DNA of 64,000 bases from Alphaproteobacteria bacterium. Its GTDB lineage: Bacteria > Pseudomonadota > Alphaproteobacteria > SMXQ01. This document shows, in pieces, positions 20,601 through 32,391 of the stretch; within the stretch, counting starts at the first letter, position 1, and each line of letters starts with the position of its first letter. A model generated the notes under the pieces. It was not told the origin of the DNA and searched no databases. It saw only the letters and a list, made by a program, of their open reading frames with translations. The position numbers were made by a program, and so were the translations under genes. The stretch lies in assembly GCA_030831315.1 (NCBI GenBank), contig JAURLI010000024.1:6565-70564 (forward strand), read 5' to 3'.

Positions 20601-21679
20601 GCGGCGCGGGCGTCCTCGAATTCGAACACGTGAGCCATGCCTTCGACGGTGGCATGGAAATCCTGCACGACATTTCGCTCGCCATCATGCCCGGTGAAAT
20701 CTTCTGCCTGCTCGGGCCGTCGGGCTGCGGCAAGACGACGACGCTGCGCCTCGCCGCGGGGCTGGAGGAATGCCAGAAGGGCCGGGTACTGATGAACGGT
20801 ACCGTGGTTTCCGACGGCCGTCTTCACGTGCCGCCGGAAAGGCGCGGGGTCGGTCTCGTGTTTCAGGATACCGCGCTGTTTCCGCACCTGACGGTAGCGG
20901 AGAACGTGGGCTTCGGCCTTGGCGCGCTGTCCGAACCGGCGCGGCGCGCGCGCATTCACGAAATGCTGCAACGGGTCAAGATGGACGGCTATTCCGACGC
21001 CTATCCCCATGTCCTGTCTGGCGGCCAGCAGCAACGCGTGGCGCTGGCCCGCGCACTTGCGCCCGATCCCAGGCTTATCCTGCTGGACGAGCCGTTCTCC
21101 GGCCTCGATTCGCAAACCCGCTCGATGATCCGCGAGGAAATGCTGGGCGTGCTGAAAGCCCATGGCGTGACGGCGCTGGTCGTCACCCATGACCCGGAAG
21201 AAGCGATGTACGTCGCCGACCGCATCGCCGTCATGAACCGCGGGCGGATCGAGCAGGTAGGCCGTCCCGTCGATCTTTATTGCCATCCGGTCAACCCCTT
21301 CGTGACCCGGTTCTTCTCGTCGACCAACCGTTTCACCACCCGCGTCGCGGGCGGCAAGGCCAACACCCCCTTCGGACCGGTCGCTGCCCCGGCGGGAACC
21401 TCCGACGGCGACAGCGTCGAAGTGCTGATCCGGCCAGAGGCCATCCGCATCGCCGCCGCGGTCCAGTCCGCCGGCATGCTCGGCCCCATCGAAGCCAAGG
21501 TCCTCGATTCGCGCATGCTGCGCCGCGCCGTATTCATGAACCTCTGTGTCGGCGAATTTGAAGGCACGCACCTGCATGTCCATGTCCGCTCGCCGGGCCA
21601 CCACATGCCGGCCGGAGGCGAAAAGGTCAGTGTCAGCCTTGATCCGCAGCAGACCTTCGTATTCAAGGCAGAAAGCTAG
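20597..21679 (+). CDS. fbpC: Fe(3+) ABC transporter ATP-binding protein
   Basis: The GTG start overlaps the fbpB stop. It has Walker A (GPSGCGKTT), the ABC signature (LSGGQQQRVALARAL), Walker B (ILLDEPFSGLD) and a C-terminal TOBE-like domain. Confidence 0.8.
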   Translation: MSGAGVLEFEHVSHAFDGGMEILHDISLAIMPGEIFCLLGPSGCGKTTTLRLAAGLEECQKGRVLMNGTVVSDGRLHVPPERRGVGLVFQDTALFPHLTVAENVGFGLGALSEPARRARIHEMLQRVKMDGYSDAYPHVLSGGQQQRVALARALAPDPRLILLDEPFSGLDSQTRSMIREEMLGVLKAHGVTALVVTHDPEEAMYVADRIAVMNRGRIEQVGRPVDLYCHPVNPFVTRFFSSTNRFTTRVAGGKANTPFGPVAAPAGTSDGDSVEVLIRPEAIRIAAAVQSAGMLGPIEAKVLDSRMLRRAVFMNLCVGEFEGTHLHVHVRSPGHHMPAGGEKVSVSLDPQQTFVFKAES

Positions 21680-21808
21680 GCAAAGCAAGGTTTTAGACCC
21701 GGTTTCATTGCCCCGGGGCGTGGTTTCTGGCATGATCGCGAAAATCGCGGGTCCGGGCCAAGGCGGCTCCGTCCGGCGCACCAGGGACCATAGATCGAGG
21801 ATTTCATC

Positions 21809-22036
21809 ATGAGTATCGGCGTCTGGCAGGTCATTCTGATCCTGGTCATCGTCCTGATCATTTTCGGCGCGGGCAAGCTGCCGAAGGTGATGGGCGACGT
21901 GGCCAAGGGCATCAAGAACTTCAAGTCCGGCCTGTCCGAGCCCGAAAAGGATGCGCCGAAGGACGACGACGGCGCCAACAAGACGATCGACGCCACCGCC
22001 ACCGTGAAGTCGGAAACAGACGTCAAAAAGAGTTGA
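21809..22036 (+). CDS. tatA: Twin-arginine translocase subunit TatA
   Basis: MSIGVWQVILILVIVLIIFGAGKLP matches the TatA/E TM helix and amphipathic helix pattern. Confidence 0.9.
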   Translation: MSIGVWQVILILVIVLIIFGAGKLPKVMGDVAKGIKNFKSGLSEPEKDAPKDDDGANKTIDATATVKSETDVKKS

Positions 22037-22083
22037 TCTCGGGTCCGGCCATCTTCGCCGCCGCCCCGACCGGGTAAGTTTCC

Positions 22084-22470
22084 ATGTTCGACATCGGCTG
22101 GTCCGAAATGCTGCTGATCATCGTCGTGATGATCATCGTGATCGGACCCAAGGACCTTCCTCGCGCGCTTTACACCCTCGGCCAGTGGGTCGGCAAGGTG
22201 CGCGCCATGGCGCGCCAGTTCCAGGATTCCATCGAACAGATGGCGCACCAGGCGGGCGTGGACGAAGTCCGCAAGGAGATCGAGCAGGTCGGATCCATCG
22301 GCAGCCTTGAAGAGGGCATCGAGAAAACCATCGACCCCAAGGGCGAAATCAAGGAAGCCTTCGACATCAAGGCGCCGTCCCTCGAAGCGCCGCCACGCGA
22401 CGACAAGAAGCCCGCCGCGACGGAACCGGCAAAGCCCGCAAGCATTACCGGCACGGAGAGCAAGCCGTGA
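22084..22470 (+). CDS. tatB: Twin-arginine translocase subunit TatB
   Basis: The N-terminus [26 protein letters not shown] is followed by a long amphipathic, charged C-terminus. Confidence 0.85.
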   Translation: MFDIGWSEMLLIIVVMIIVIGPKDLPRALYTLGQWVGKVRAMARQFQDSIEQMAHQAGVDEVRKEIEQVGSIGSLEEGIEKTIDPKGEIKEAFDIKAPSLEAPPRDDKKPAATEPAKPASITGTESKP

Positions 22471-23342
22471 CCGACAAGCCGCAGGACCCCCAGGACCCGC
22501 AGTTGCCGCAGGACGAATACGTCGTCGATCCGCCCGACATCGCAGGGCCCGATCCCCATGACGACGGGCTTTCGGAACAGAAGATGCCGCTGCTCGAACA
22601 CCTGATCGAATTGCGTAACCGGCTGGTCTATTCGGTCGGGGCGCTCTTCGTCGCGTTTATCGCCTGCTATTATTTCTCGGCCGACATTTTCCAGTTCTTG
22701 GTGAAACCGCTGGCCGATGCCTATCACGGACAAGCCGGACGGCGCATGATCTTCACGGCCCTGCACGAAACCTTCTTCACCTACATGAAGGTCGCCTTCT
22801 TTGCCGGCGCATTCCTGTCGTTTCCGATCATCGCCAGCCAGGTCTGGATGTTCATCGCACCCGGACTTTATCGTCACGAAAAGAAGGCGTTCCTGCCGTT
22901 TCTCGTCGCGACGCCCGTGCTGTTCTTCATGGGCGGCGCGCTCGTCTACTACTTCATCTTCCCGCTGGCCTGGCAGTTCTTCATCAGCTTCGAATCAGCA
23001 GGCGGCGGCGGCGCGCTGCCGATCCAGCTCGAAGCGCGGGTAGGGGAATACCTCAGCCTCGTCATGAAGCTGATCTTCGCCTTCGGGCTTTGCTTCCAGC
23101 TGCCCATCGCGCTCACGCTGATGGGCCGCGTCGGCATCGTCACCTCCGAAGGGCTGCGCGCCAAGCGCAAGTACGCCATCGTCATCACCTTCATCGTCGC
23201 CGCCATCCTGACGCCGCCCGATGTCATCAGCCAGGTCGGCCTCGCCATTCCCATCCTCATCCTTTACGAAATCTCGATCTTCGCGGTGAAGATGGTGGAG
23301 CGTAAACGGCTCGAGGCCGAGCGCGACGCGGGCGAGGAATAA
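22467..23342 (+). CDS. tatC: Twin-arginine translocase subunit TatC
   Basis: GTG start overlapping tatB. It has six TM segments and the TatC signature ([14 protein letters not shown]). Confidence 0.9.
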   Translation: MTDKPQDPQDPQLPQDEYVVDPPDIAGPDPHDDGLSEQKMPLLEHLIELRNRLVYSVGALFVAFIACYYFSADIFQFLVKPLADAYHGQAGRRMIFTALHETFFTYMKVAFFAGAFLSFPIIASQVWMFIAPGLYRHEKKAFLPFLVATPVLFFMGGALVYYFIFPLAWQFFISFESAGGGGALPIQLEARVGEYLSLVMKLIFAFGLCFQLPIALTLMGRVGIVTSEGLRAKRKYAIVITFIVAAILTPPDVISQVGLAIPILILYEISIFAVKMVERKRLEAERDAGEE

Positions 23343-23428
23343 CACCGACACCCTTTGACAGTGGACGGCGCGGCGCCGATTCCCTATGGTGAGCGCGCCT
23401 TTGTTCGCTGCTGTATTCGGTTGGCACG

Positions 23429-24706
<1,278 letters not shown>

Positions 24707-24713
24707 GGCGCCC

Positions 24714-25499
24714 GTGAAAGGCACCGGGCCGCTGGCGCTCGCTAATGCCCGCATTCTCGTTACCAACGACGACGGCATCGGCGCGCAGGGACTGAAGATC
24801 CTTGCGCGCATCGCGCGAACGCTCTCGCGCGACGTCTGGGTGGTCGCGCCCGAGGTCGAACAATCCGCCGCCAGTCATTCCCTGACCGTGCGCACGCCCT
24901 TGCGGGTACACCGTCACGCGCCACGCCGGTTCGCCGTTACCGGCACGCCGACCGACTGCGTGCTGATCGCCGTCGGCGAAATCATGGGCGACCGTGCGCC
25001 GGACCTGGTGCTGTCGGGCATCAACCACGGCGGCAACATGGCAGAAGACATCAATCATTCGGGCACCGTCGCCGCCGCCATGCAGGCCGTCGTCATGGGC
25101 ATTCCGGGCATCGCCTTCAGCCTGATCGTGACGCCTGAACACCCTGCCAAGTGGGCGACGGCGGAACATTACGCGCCGCAGATCATCAGGAAGCTTGCCG
25201 CCCGTCCGTGGAAACGCGACGTGGTGATGAACGTCAATTTCCCCGACCGCGTGCAATCGGCCGTCACCGGCATCGAAGCCGCGACCCAGGGCCGCCGCCG
25301 CCAGATCGAGCGCGTGACCGAAGCCGTGGATCCCTTCGGCCGGCAATATTACTGGATCGGCAGCCCGCGAAAGGAAGGGCCGGGCCGGGGCACCACTGAC
25401 CTGGAAGTGACCGGGCGCGGCGCCGTCGCGGTGACGGCGCTGTCCATGAACCTGACGGACCGGGCGGAAACACGGGCGCTGACCGGAGTGTTCCGGTGA
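24714..25499 (+). CDS. surE: 5'/3'-nucleotidase SurE
   Basis: GTG start. ILVTNDDGIGAQGL is the SurE N-terminal motif. Confidence 0.9.
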   Translation: MKGTGPLALANARILVTNDDGIGAQGLKILARIARTLSRDVWVVAPEVEQSAASHSLTVRTPLRVHRHAPRRFAVTGTPTDCVLIAVGEIMGDRAPDLVLSGINHGGNMAEDINHSGTVAAAMQAVVMGIPGIAFSLIVTPEHPAKWATAEHYAPQIIRKLAARPWKRDVVMNVNFPDRVQSAVTGIEAATQGRRRQIERVTEAVDPFGRQYYWIGSPRKEGPGRGTTDLEVTGRGAVAVTALSMNLTDRAETRALTGVFR

Positions 25500-26170
25500 C
25501 GAGCGAGCCGCGCCAGATACGTCTCGTCATGGAACTGCGCGCCGAAGGCGTGACCGATGCCGCCGTGCTCGGCGCCATCGAGCGCACGCCCCGCGAGGAA
25601 TTCGTGCCGCCCCAGTTCCGCGACCGCGCCTATGAAAACACCGCGCTTCCCATAGGCGAGGGCCAGACCATCAGCCAGCCGCTGATCGTCGGCCTGATGA
25701 CCCAGGCGCTGCAACTTGGCCCGCGCATGAAGGTGCTGGAAATCGGCACCGGCTGCGGTTACCAGGCGGCGGTGCTGTCGAAGCTGTGCCGCCGCGTCTA
25801 TTCGATCGAGCGCCACAAGTCGCTGCTCGGTGAAACCAACAAGCGCCTCGCGCGGCTCGGCTATCACAACATCACGGCGATCGCGGGCGACGGCATGAAA
25901 GGCTGGCCCGAACAGGCGCCATTCGATCGCATCATCGTCACCGCCGCAGCCAGCCGCGAGGTGCCGCAGACCTTCATCGACCAGCTGGCGCCGGGCGGGA
26001 TATTGGTTTTGCCGCTTGGCACCTCCACTTCCGACCAGCATGTCTGGCGCGTGCGCAAGGACGAAGAGGGCAGCGTGACCCGCGAAAAGCTCTGGGCCGT
26101 GCGTTTCGTGCCGCTGATCGGCGGCATGCCCGAGAGCAATGGGCGAGGGCAAGCGAATGGCGCGGGCTGA
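25496..26170 (+). CDS. pcm: Protein-L-isoaspartate O-methyltransferase
   Basis: The GTG start overlaps the surE stop. SAM motif I (VLEIGTGCGYQAAVLS) is present in the Pcm family arrangement. Confidence 0.85.
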   Translation: MTSEPRQIRLVMELRAEGVTDAAVLGAIERTPREEFVPPQFRDRAYENTALPIGEGQTISQPLIVGLMTQALQLGPRMKVLEIGTGCGYQAAVLSKLCRRVYSIERHKSLLGETNKRLARLGYHNITAIAGDGMKGWPEQAPFDRIIVTAAASREVPQTFIDQLAPGGILVLPLGTSTSDQHVWRVRKDEEGSVTREKLWAVRFVPLIGGMPESNGRGQANGAG

Positions 26171-27374
26171 ACGCCCGCGACCGGACTTGAGCGCCGTGCG
26201 GTGCTCGATTACTGTCCGCACCATGTCGAATAGCGGAACAGGGAACATCGGCCCGGTCCGCCCGGGCATCGGCATCGCCACCGTCGTGGCGGCTGCACTT
26301 GTCTTGCCCGCCTGCGTCATGACCCGCGATGGCCCGCCCGCGCCGGTGATCGACCGCTCCGGCATCTATTACACGGCCCCCGCCGCCGATACCCCGCCCG
26401 TCACCGCCGCGCCACGGCGCGGCATATCAAGCGTCGCCATCGATCCCGTGCCACGCCGCGGCTCCATAACCCGCGCACCCGTGACCAAAGAGAGCAAGCA
26501 GCAGACCGCCGCTTTGCCGCGCCTGCCGCCCAGTCCCGGCCGGGACACGCCCGCCGGCGGCACCATCAGCCGGCAAGGCGGCAGCCGCGTCACCGTGCAG
26601 ACCGGCGAGACCCTCTATGCGATATCGCGGCGCGAGCGCGTGCCGCTGCGCGCTCTGATCGATGCCAACCGCCTGCGCCCGCCCTATGCGCTCAGGGTCG
26701 GACAGACGCTTTCGGTGCCATCGGTCCGGGTCTACGTCGTGGCGCCCGGTGACACGGTTTCGGCCGTCGCGCGCCGCCATGACGCCAGCGTCAGCGAGGT
26801 TATCCGCCAGAACGACCTCAAGGCGCCGGACTTCGGCCTGTTTGCCGGGCAGCGCCTAGTGCTGCCGTGGCGCGGCGCGGGAGGGCAGGAGCTTCGCAAC
26901 CCGGCGCCGCCGCCGCAGGCGTCCATTCGCCGTCCTCCCGATCCGCCATCGCCGCACATCGAGCTGGCCGACCCCGATGCCGAGCCGCCCAAGCGCGCGT
27001 CATCGAAGTTCCTGTGGCCGGTGCGCGGCAAGGTGGTGTCGGGATTCGGCTCCAAGGGCGGCGGGCTCTACAACGACGGCATCAACATCGCCGCCGAAGA
27101 CGGCGCAATCGTGCGCGCCGCCGACAACGGCATCGTCGCCTATGCCGGCAACGAGTTGCGTGGCTATGGAAACCTGCTGCTGGTGCGCCACGCAGGGGGC
27201 TGGATCTCGGCCTATGCCCATAACGGCGAGTTGCTGGTCCGCCGCGGGCAGGTCATCAAGCGCGGCCAGCCGATCGCCAAGGTCGGCCGTTCAGGGGCGG
27301 TCGCCGCACCCCAGCTGCATTTCGAACTGCGCCGGGGCCGCAAGGCCGTCGATCCACGCCCGCACCTGTCCTGA
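26139..27374 (+). CDS. nlpD: LysM-domain M23 peptidase (NlpD/LppB-like lipoprotein)
   Basis: Two LysM repeats (VQTGETLYAISRR..., YVVAPGDTVSAVARRH...) precede a C-terminal M23 domain (GYGNLLLVRHAGGWISAYAHN). The start is ambiguous (ATG at 26139, 26157 or 26223), and a signal/lipobox-like VLPAC favours 26223. Confidence 0.8.
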   Translation: MGEGKRMARAERPRPDLSAVRCSITVRTMSNSGTGNIGPVRPGIGIATVVAAALVLPACVMTRDGPPAPVIDRSGIYYTAPAADTPPVTAAPRRGISSVAIDPVPRRGSITRAPVTKESKQQTAALPRLPPSPGRDTPAGGTISRQGGSRVTVQTGETLYAISRRERVPLRALIDANRLRPPYALRVGQTLSVPSVRVYVVAPGDTVSAVARRHDASVSEVIRQNDLKAPDFGLFAGQRLVLPWRGAGGQELRNPAPPPQASIRRPPDPPSPHIELADPDAEPPKRASSKFLWPVRGKVVSGFGSKGGGLYNDGINIAAEDGAIVRAADNGIVAYAGNELRGYGNLLLVRHAGGWISAYAHNGELLVRRGQVIKRGQPIAKVGRSGAVAAPQLHFELRRGRKAVDPRPHLS

Positions 27375-27377
27375 GAT

Positions 27378-28250
27378 TCAGTCGAGCCTGCGCCCGAGCC
27401 GCCCGGCGACGTCCTGAATGTACTGCCAGGCGACCCGGCCCGAGCGTGCGCCACGGGTCATGGACCATTCGATGGCCCCGGCGCGGAGGTCCTCATTCTT
27501 TATTTTTAACTTAAAGTAATTAGAATAACCTTCTATAATATCGCAGAAAGTTTCCTGATCGCAGGCATGGAAGCCGAGCCACAGGCCGAATCGGTCCGAG
27601 AGCGAGATCTTCTCCTCGACAGCCTCGGCCGGGTTGATCGCGGTGGAGCGCTCGTTCTCGATAATGTCGCGCGGCATCAGGTGGCGGCGGTTGGACGTGG
27701 CATAGAACACGACGTTGTCCGGGCGCCCCTCGATGCCGCCTTCAAGCAGCGCTTTCAGGGACTTGTAGCTGGTGTCGTCGGTATCGAACGACAGGTCGTC
27801 GCAGAAGACGATGACCCGGCGGGGCGAGCGCCGCAGCGCCGTCAACAGCCCGGGCAGGGCGACGATGTCCTCGCGGTGGATTTCCACCAGCGCCAGCCGA
27901 TCGGCATCCTTTTTCTTGCCCAGCCGATCATTGACGGCGGCGTGTACCGCCTTGATAAGAGACGATTTTCCCATCCCGCGCGCCCCCCACAGAAGGGCGT
28001 TGTTGGCGGGCAGGCCACGGGCGAAACGCAGGGTATTCTCGAACAGGATATCGCGCTGCTGCTCGACGCCGCGCAGCAGTTCCAAGGGCATCCGGTTGAC
28101 CCGGGCCACGGGCACCAGATCCCCGCTGTCGGCCTGCCAGACGAAGGCGTCCGCGCCCGCAAGCGCGGCCTCGGCCGGGCCATGGCGGGTGCGGCCTTCC
28201 AGCGCCTCGGCGATGCGGGTCAGAAGGGACTTGAGGTCGTCTTCGGTCAT
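27378..28250 (-). CDS. DUF815-family AAA-like ATPase
   Basis: It has Walker A (GARGMGKSS) and Walker B (LVVFCDDLSFD) in the arrangement typical of DUF815 proteins. It is convergent with nlpD with only a 3-bp gap. Confidence 0.7.
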   Translation of the reverse strand: MTEDDLKSLLTRIAEALEGRTRHGPAEAALAGADAFVWQADSGDLVPVARVNRMPLELLRGVEQQRDILFENTLRFARGLPANNALLWGARGMGKSSLIKAVHAAVNDRLGKKKDADRLALVEIHREDIVALPGLLTALRRSPRRVIVFCDDLSFDTDDTSYKSLKALLEGGIEGRPDNVVFYATSNRRHLMPRDIIENERSTAINPAEAVEEKISLSDRFGLWLGFHACDQETFCDIIEGYSNYFKLKIKNEDLRAGAIEWSMTRGARSGRVAWQYIQDVAGRLGRRLD

Positions 28251-28432
28251 GGCGGCTTTCCGTAACCTGAAATGGCCCGCAGGATGGCGCGGCTTTTTCG
28301 ACTAATCAAGGACTTAACCGTATTCCGGCGGCAGGATTGGTTTGCAACCGGCCACGGGATGGCTATATTCCGCCTGACCTTGCCGCTGCCCTCGGGCGGC
28401 GGCGCAAGAACGCACTCGAACGGGAGACCCGT

Positions 28433-28795
28433 ATGTTCATTTCTCCGGCCTATGCCCAGGCCGCCGGCGGCGCGCCGGGCGGCTTCGACATCATGACCAT
28501 CGTGCCGCTTATCCTGATCTTCGTCGTATTTTACTTCCTGCTCATCCGTCCGCAGCAGAAGAAGGTCAAGGAGCACCGCGACATGGTGACCAACCTGCGC
28601 CGGGGCGACAAGATCGTGACCTCGGGCGGCATCATCGGCACCATCACCAAGGTGGTGAGCGAAGGCGAGCTGCAGCTCGAAATCGCCGAGGGCATCCGCG
28701 TGCGCTGCGCGCGCTCCATGATCGCGAGCCTCTACGCCCGCGGTGACGAGGAAGAAGAAGGCGAAGCCTCGGCTCCCGCCAACGACAAGTCCTAG
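28433..28795 (+). CDS. yajC: Preprotein translocase subunit YajC
   Basis: ATG 28433 follows the RBS gggaga. The N-terminus MFISPAYAQAAGG...LILIFVVFYFLLIRPQQKK is a canonical YajC. The longer track ORF start at 28337 is unlikely. Confidence 0.85.
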   Translation: MFISPAYAQAAGGAPGGFDIMTIVPLILIFVVFYFLLIRPQQKKVKEHRDMVTNLRRGDKIVTSGGIIGTITKVVSEGELQLEIAEGIRVRCARSMIASLYARGDEEEEGEASAPANDKS

Positions 28796-28852
28796 TCGCG
28801 CAAGTCCGTCACGGCCCGCGCCGTAACAGGCGCGGGCAGGGGAACATTTTTC

Positions 28853-30454
28853 ATGATCCGCTTCGCCCGCTGGAAAATCATCGTCATTTTCGCTGTCGTC
28901 GCCGCAGGCTTGTTGTTCGCGGCGCCGAACCTGATGACCAAATCCCAGCGGGCGGCGATGCCCTCATGGCTGCCGAACAAGGCCATGAACCTCGGCCTCG
29001 ACCTGCGCGGCGGCTCGCATCTGCTGCTCGAAGTCGATCTCAAGAGCGTCTTCCGCGAACGCCTGTCCAACCTCGTGCAGTCTATTCGCGTGGAACTGCG
29101 CAAGGAACGGATTCCCTACCGCAATATCGGAATTACCGCCGATGTCGCTTCGGTCACCATCATCGATGCCGACAAGGCCGGGCCCGGCGGGGCCACCAAC
29201 ATCGAACGCGCGCGCCGCATCCTGCGCGCAGTCGAGCAGGGGATCGAAGTCGAATCACAGGACGGCGGCAAGCTGGTGGTCCGCTACAACGAACAGGCGC
29301 GCCGGGAAAAACTGGACCAGGCGCTGGTCCAGTCCATCGAAATCGTCCGCCGCCGCGTCGACGAATTCGGCACAACCGAACCGACCATCCAGCGCCAGGG
29401 CGACGACCGCATCCTCGTACAGCTTCCGGGCGTTGATGATCCGGAGCGCGTCAAGCGCCTGATCGGTCGCACCGCGAAGATGACCTTCCATCTGGTCGAC
29501 GACCGCTACCAGCCCGGCATGCAACTTCCCGCGGCGCCGCCACCCGGTATGATGTATGCGCCGCTCGACGACAAGCGCGTAACGGGCGGCCAGCCGGTCA
29601 CCTACGTCATCCAGCGCCGTGCCATGGTCACTGGCGACACCCTTGTCGATTCGCAGCCGACCTACGAACAGGGCCGGCCTGTCGTCAGCTTCCGCTTCGA
29701 CAACATCGGCGCGCGCAAATTCGCCCAGGCGACCCAGCAGAACGTCGGCAAGCCCTTCGCCATCGTGCTCGACGGCAGGATCATCAGTGCGCCGGTCATC
29801 CGCGAACCGATCCTCGGCGGCTCGGGCATCATTTCGGGCGGCTTTACGCCGGAAGACGCGAAGGACCTCGCCGTGCTGCTGCGCGCGGGCGCGCTGCCGG
29901 CGCCCATGACGATCCTCGAAGAACGCACAGTCGGCCCCGATCTCGGTGCCGACTCGATCGCGGCGGGCGAAATCGCCTGCATCATCGGGTTCGTCCTGGT
30001 CGTCGTGTTCATGTTCCTGGCCTATTCGACCTTCGGCGTTTTCGCCAATATTGCACTGGTCCTGAACCTGGTGATCCTCGTGGGCGGCATGTCCGTCCTG
30101 CAGGCAACCCTTACGCTGCCGGGCATTGCCGGCATCGTCCTGACCATGGGCATGGCGGTGGACGCCAACGTGCTGATTTTCGAGCGCATCCGCGAGGAAA
30201 TACGCTCCGGGCGGTCGATGCTGTCCTCGATCGAAGCAGGCTACCAGCGCGCCTTCAGCGCCATTCTCGACAGTAACCTGACGACGCTGATCGCGGCGAT
30301 CCTGCTGTTCGAGTTCGGGGCCGGCCCGGTGCGCGGTTTCGCGGTGACGCTCGCCATTGGTCTGCTGACATCGATGTTCACGGCGATCCTTGTGACCCGC
30401 TACATGATTTCGCTTTACGTCTCGCTGCGCCGTCCCCGGGCGCTCCCGCTCTAG
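28853..30454 (+). CDS. secD: Protein translocase subunit SecD
   Basis: 533 aa with an N-terminal TM helix, a large periplasmic domain and six C-terminal TMs. Confidence 0.9.
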   Translation: MIRFARWKIIVIFAVVAAGLLFAAPNLMTKSQRAAMPSWLPNKAMNLGLDLRGGSHLLLEVDLKSVFRERLSNLVQSIRVELRKERIPYRNIGITADVASVTIIDADKAGPGGATNIERARRILRAVEQGIEVESQDGGKLVVRYNEQARREKLDQALVQSIEIVRRRVDEFGTTEPTIQRQGDDRILVQLPGVDDPERVKRLIGRTAKMTFHLVDDRYQPGMQLPAAPPPGMMYAPLDDKRVTGGQPVTYVIQRRAMVTGDTLVDSQPTYEQGRPVVSFRFDNIGARKFAQATQQNVGKPFAIVLDGRIISAPVIREPILGGSGIISGGFTPEDAKDLAVLLRAGALPAPMTILEERTVGPDLGADSIAAGEIACIIGFVLVVVFMFLAYSTFGVFANIALVLNLVILVGGMSVLQATLTLPGIAGIVLTMGMAVDANVLIFERIREEIRSGRSMLSSIEAGYQRAFSAILDSNLTTLIAAILLFEFGAGPVRGFAVTLAIGLLTSMFTAILVTRYMISLYVSLRRPRALPL

Positions 30455-30478
30455 ACGCGACAGGAAAGAATTACCGCG

Positions 30479-31423
30479 ATGGCCTGGTTCCCGATCAAAC
30501 TGGTTCCCGACAATACGAAGATAGACTTCGTCGGCATGCGCAAGCCGTTCTTCCTCCTGACGGCTGTAATGATCCTGTTTTCTGCCTTTTATGTCGGCTT
30601 CATCGGCCTCAACCTTGGTATCGACTTCAAGGGCGGTATCCTGATGGAAGTCAAGACCAAGGGACCCGCCAATATCGACGCCATGCGCGGCAAGCTCGGC
30701 AATCTCGATCTCGGCGAAGTGGCATTGCAGGGATTCGGCGCGCACGACGACGTGCTGATCCGCGTGCAGCGGCAGGAAGGCGGAGAAGAAGCCCAGCAGA
30801 AGGCCGTGGAAAAGGTCAAGGCCGCGCTCGGCGACGGCGTGCAGACATATCGGCGCACCGAATTCGTCGGCCCCAAGGTCGGCGGTGAATTGATCCAGGG
30901 CGGCACGATTGCGGTCGTCCTCTCCCTGCTGGCGATCGCGGCCTATGTCTGGTTCCGGTTCGAATGGCAATTCGCGGTCGGCGCCATCATCGCCCTTGCC
31001 CATGACGTCATTGCCACCGTGGGCATGTTTGCGGTGACGGGGCTGGAGTTCAACCTGTCATCGGTCGCGGCAATCCTGACAATCGCTGGCTATTCGATCA
31101 ACGATACCGTCGTCATTTTCGACCGCGTGCGCGAAAACCTGCGCAAGTACAAGACCATGGACATCAAGGAACTGATCAACCTCTCGGTCAACGAGACGCT
31201 GGCGCGTACGGTACTCACATCGTTGACCACGTTCCTTGCGGTTCTTGCGATCTTCCTGTTCGGCGGCCCCGTCATCCAGGGCTTCAGCGCCGCCATGATC
31301 TTCGGCATCGTCGTCGGCACCTATTCGACCGTCTATGTGGCGTCTTCCATCGTCATCTACCTCGGCATCCGGGAAAAGATTTCCGGCGGCCAGGTGGGCG
31401 GGGCCTCCGCCGACGGGCAGTAA
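30479..31423 (+). CDS. secF: Protein translocase subunit SecF
   Basis: 314 aa with SecF topology, directly downstream of secD. Confidence 0.9.
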   Translation: MAWFPIKLVPDNTKIDFVGMRKPFFLLTAVMILFSAFYVGFIGLNLGIDFKGGILMEVKTKGPANIDAMRGKLGNLDLGEVALQGFGAHDDVLIRVQRQEGGEEAQQKAVEKVKAALGDGVQTYRRTEFVGPKVGGELIQGGTIAVVLSLLAIAAYVWFRFEWQFAVGAIIALAHDVIATVGMFAVTGLEFNLSSVAAILTIAGYSINDTVVIFDRVRENLRKYKTMDIKELINLSVNETLARTVLTSLTTFLAVLAIFLFGGPVIQGFSAAMIFGIVVGTYSTVYVASSIVIYLGIREKISGGQVGGASADGQ

Positions 31424-31434
31424 CGCGCGCCCCG

Positions 31435-31812
31435 GTGGACCTCATCCGCCATTCGGGAGACGGCCTGCCCGCTGTGCGGGCCTACGGCGATGGCGGCTTT
31501 CGCATTGGTGCGGATCGCTTCGAGGGCTGCATCCTGGTGAGTGCGGCCGGCGTGCTGCCGCTCCCGTTCACTGAAATTTCCGGCTTCGATGCAGACTGCG
31601 CCCGCGCCATCAGGGACGGCGAGCCGCGCCCCGATATCCTCTTCATCGGCACCGGTGCCGCCATGGCGGGCCTCGACCCCAAGGTTCGCGATATCCTGCG
31701 ATCTGCCGGCATCGCCGTCGACTGCATGGCGACGGGGGCAGCATGCCGGACCTACAACGTGGCGCTGGGCGAGGGGCGGCGGGTCGCCGCCCTGCTGATA
31801 GCTGTTCCCTGA
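31435..31812 (+). CDS. Mth938-like (DUF498) domain protein
   Basis: About 125 aa immediately downstream of secF, as is common in alphaproteobacteria. GDGGFRIGADRFEGCILV is Mth938-like. The family call is from memory. Confidence 0.5.
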   Translation: MDLIRHSGDGLPAVRAYGDGGFRIGADRFEGCILVSAAGVLPLPFTEISGFDADCARAIRDGEPRPDILFIGTGAAMAGLDPKVRDILRSAGIAVDCMATGAACRTYNVALGEGRRVAALLIAVP

Positions 31813-31818
31813 AAACGA

Positions 31819-31850
31819 ACGGGGCGCCCCGAAGGGCGCCCCGCGTTACG
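31819..31850. terminator. Bidirectional terminator between convergent genes
   Basis: The hairpin ggggcgcccc-gaag-ggcgccccg lies between the secF-Mth938 operon (+) and the PuuD-like gene (-). Confidence 0.55.
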
Positions 31851-31869
31851 CTTTGATGCCGATTGCGCG

Positions 31870-32376
31870 TCAGGCCAGATGAACGGCCACCATCGAGTAC
31901 GACATCGGGATCGAAAGCATGGTGTTGGTGCGCGAGAACAGCATCGCCGTCCGCGCCGCCTTCGGCTTCTGATCGGCCGGGCAATCAACAAGGCCCAGCG
32001 CCTTCTGCTGGTTCGGCCAAATCACGAACCAGACGTTGAAGGCCATGATCAGCCCCATCCACATGCCGAAGCCGATGCTCATGTGCGCGGCGCTCTTGCT
32101 CATCAGGCCAAGGCTCAGCGCATTGCCGATGTAGCCCAACTGCCACGCCTGGATAAGGCCCCAGACGATGGTCGACAGTGCCGCCCAGCGGAACCAGAAC
32201 AGGGCCGCAGGCGCAATCACCTTGCTGATCGCCGGCTTCTGTTCATCCGGGATTTTCGGCATGTTCGGGATCTGCACGAAGTTGAAGTACCAGAGTAGCC
32301 CGATCCACATCACGCCGCTGATGACGTGAAGCCAACGGACCAGGAAAATGGCGTACGGGTCCATCAAGAAGCCCAT
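31870..32376 (-). CDS. Small polytopic membrane protein resembling the N-terminal transmembrane domain of urate hydroxylase PuuD (CopD-like fold)
   Basis: 168 aa. LVRWLHVISGVMWIGLLWYFNF matches the PuuD N-terminal consensus (RW-HV--GI-WIG-SFYF). No cytochrome c domain is present. The RBS ggggggaa lies upstream. Confidence 0.5.
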   Translation of the reverse strand: MGFLMDPYAIFLVRWLHVISGVMWIGLLWYFNFVQIPNMPKIPDEQKPAISKVIAPAALFWFRWAALSTIVWGLIQAWQLGYIGNALSLGLMSKSAAHMSIGFGMWMGLIMAFNVWFVIWPNQQKALGLVDCPADQKPKAARTAMLFSRTNTMLSIPMSYSMVAVHLA

Positions 32377-32391
32377 TGTTTCCCCCCTCAG

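Noticed and set aside
23357-23400. TTGACA ... TATGGT hexamers upstream of serS as a sigma70 promoter
   Set aside because: The spacer between the hexamers is about 24 nt, too long for a canonical promoter. It is left uncalled.
27480-27545. Short AT-rich patches inside GC-rich genes (DUF815 at 27480-27545, M50 at 15650-15720, sdhE/mfd junction at 51180-51240), examined as possible insertions
   Set aside because: The reading frames stay open. The patches encode conserved N/K/I/F-rich motifs (for example NLNNSIVINVVLAVFNMIPLPPLDGG in the M50 protein) or gene starts and ends, so they reflect amino-acid composition rather than foreign DNA.
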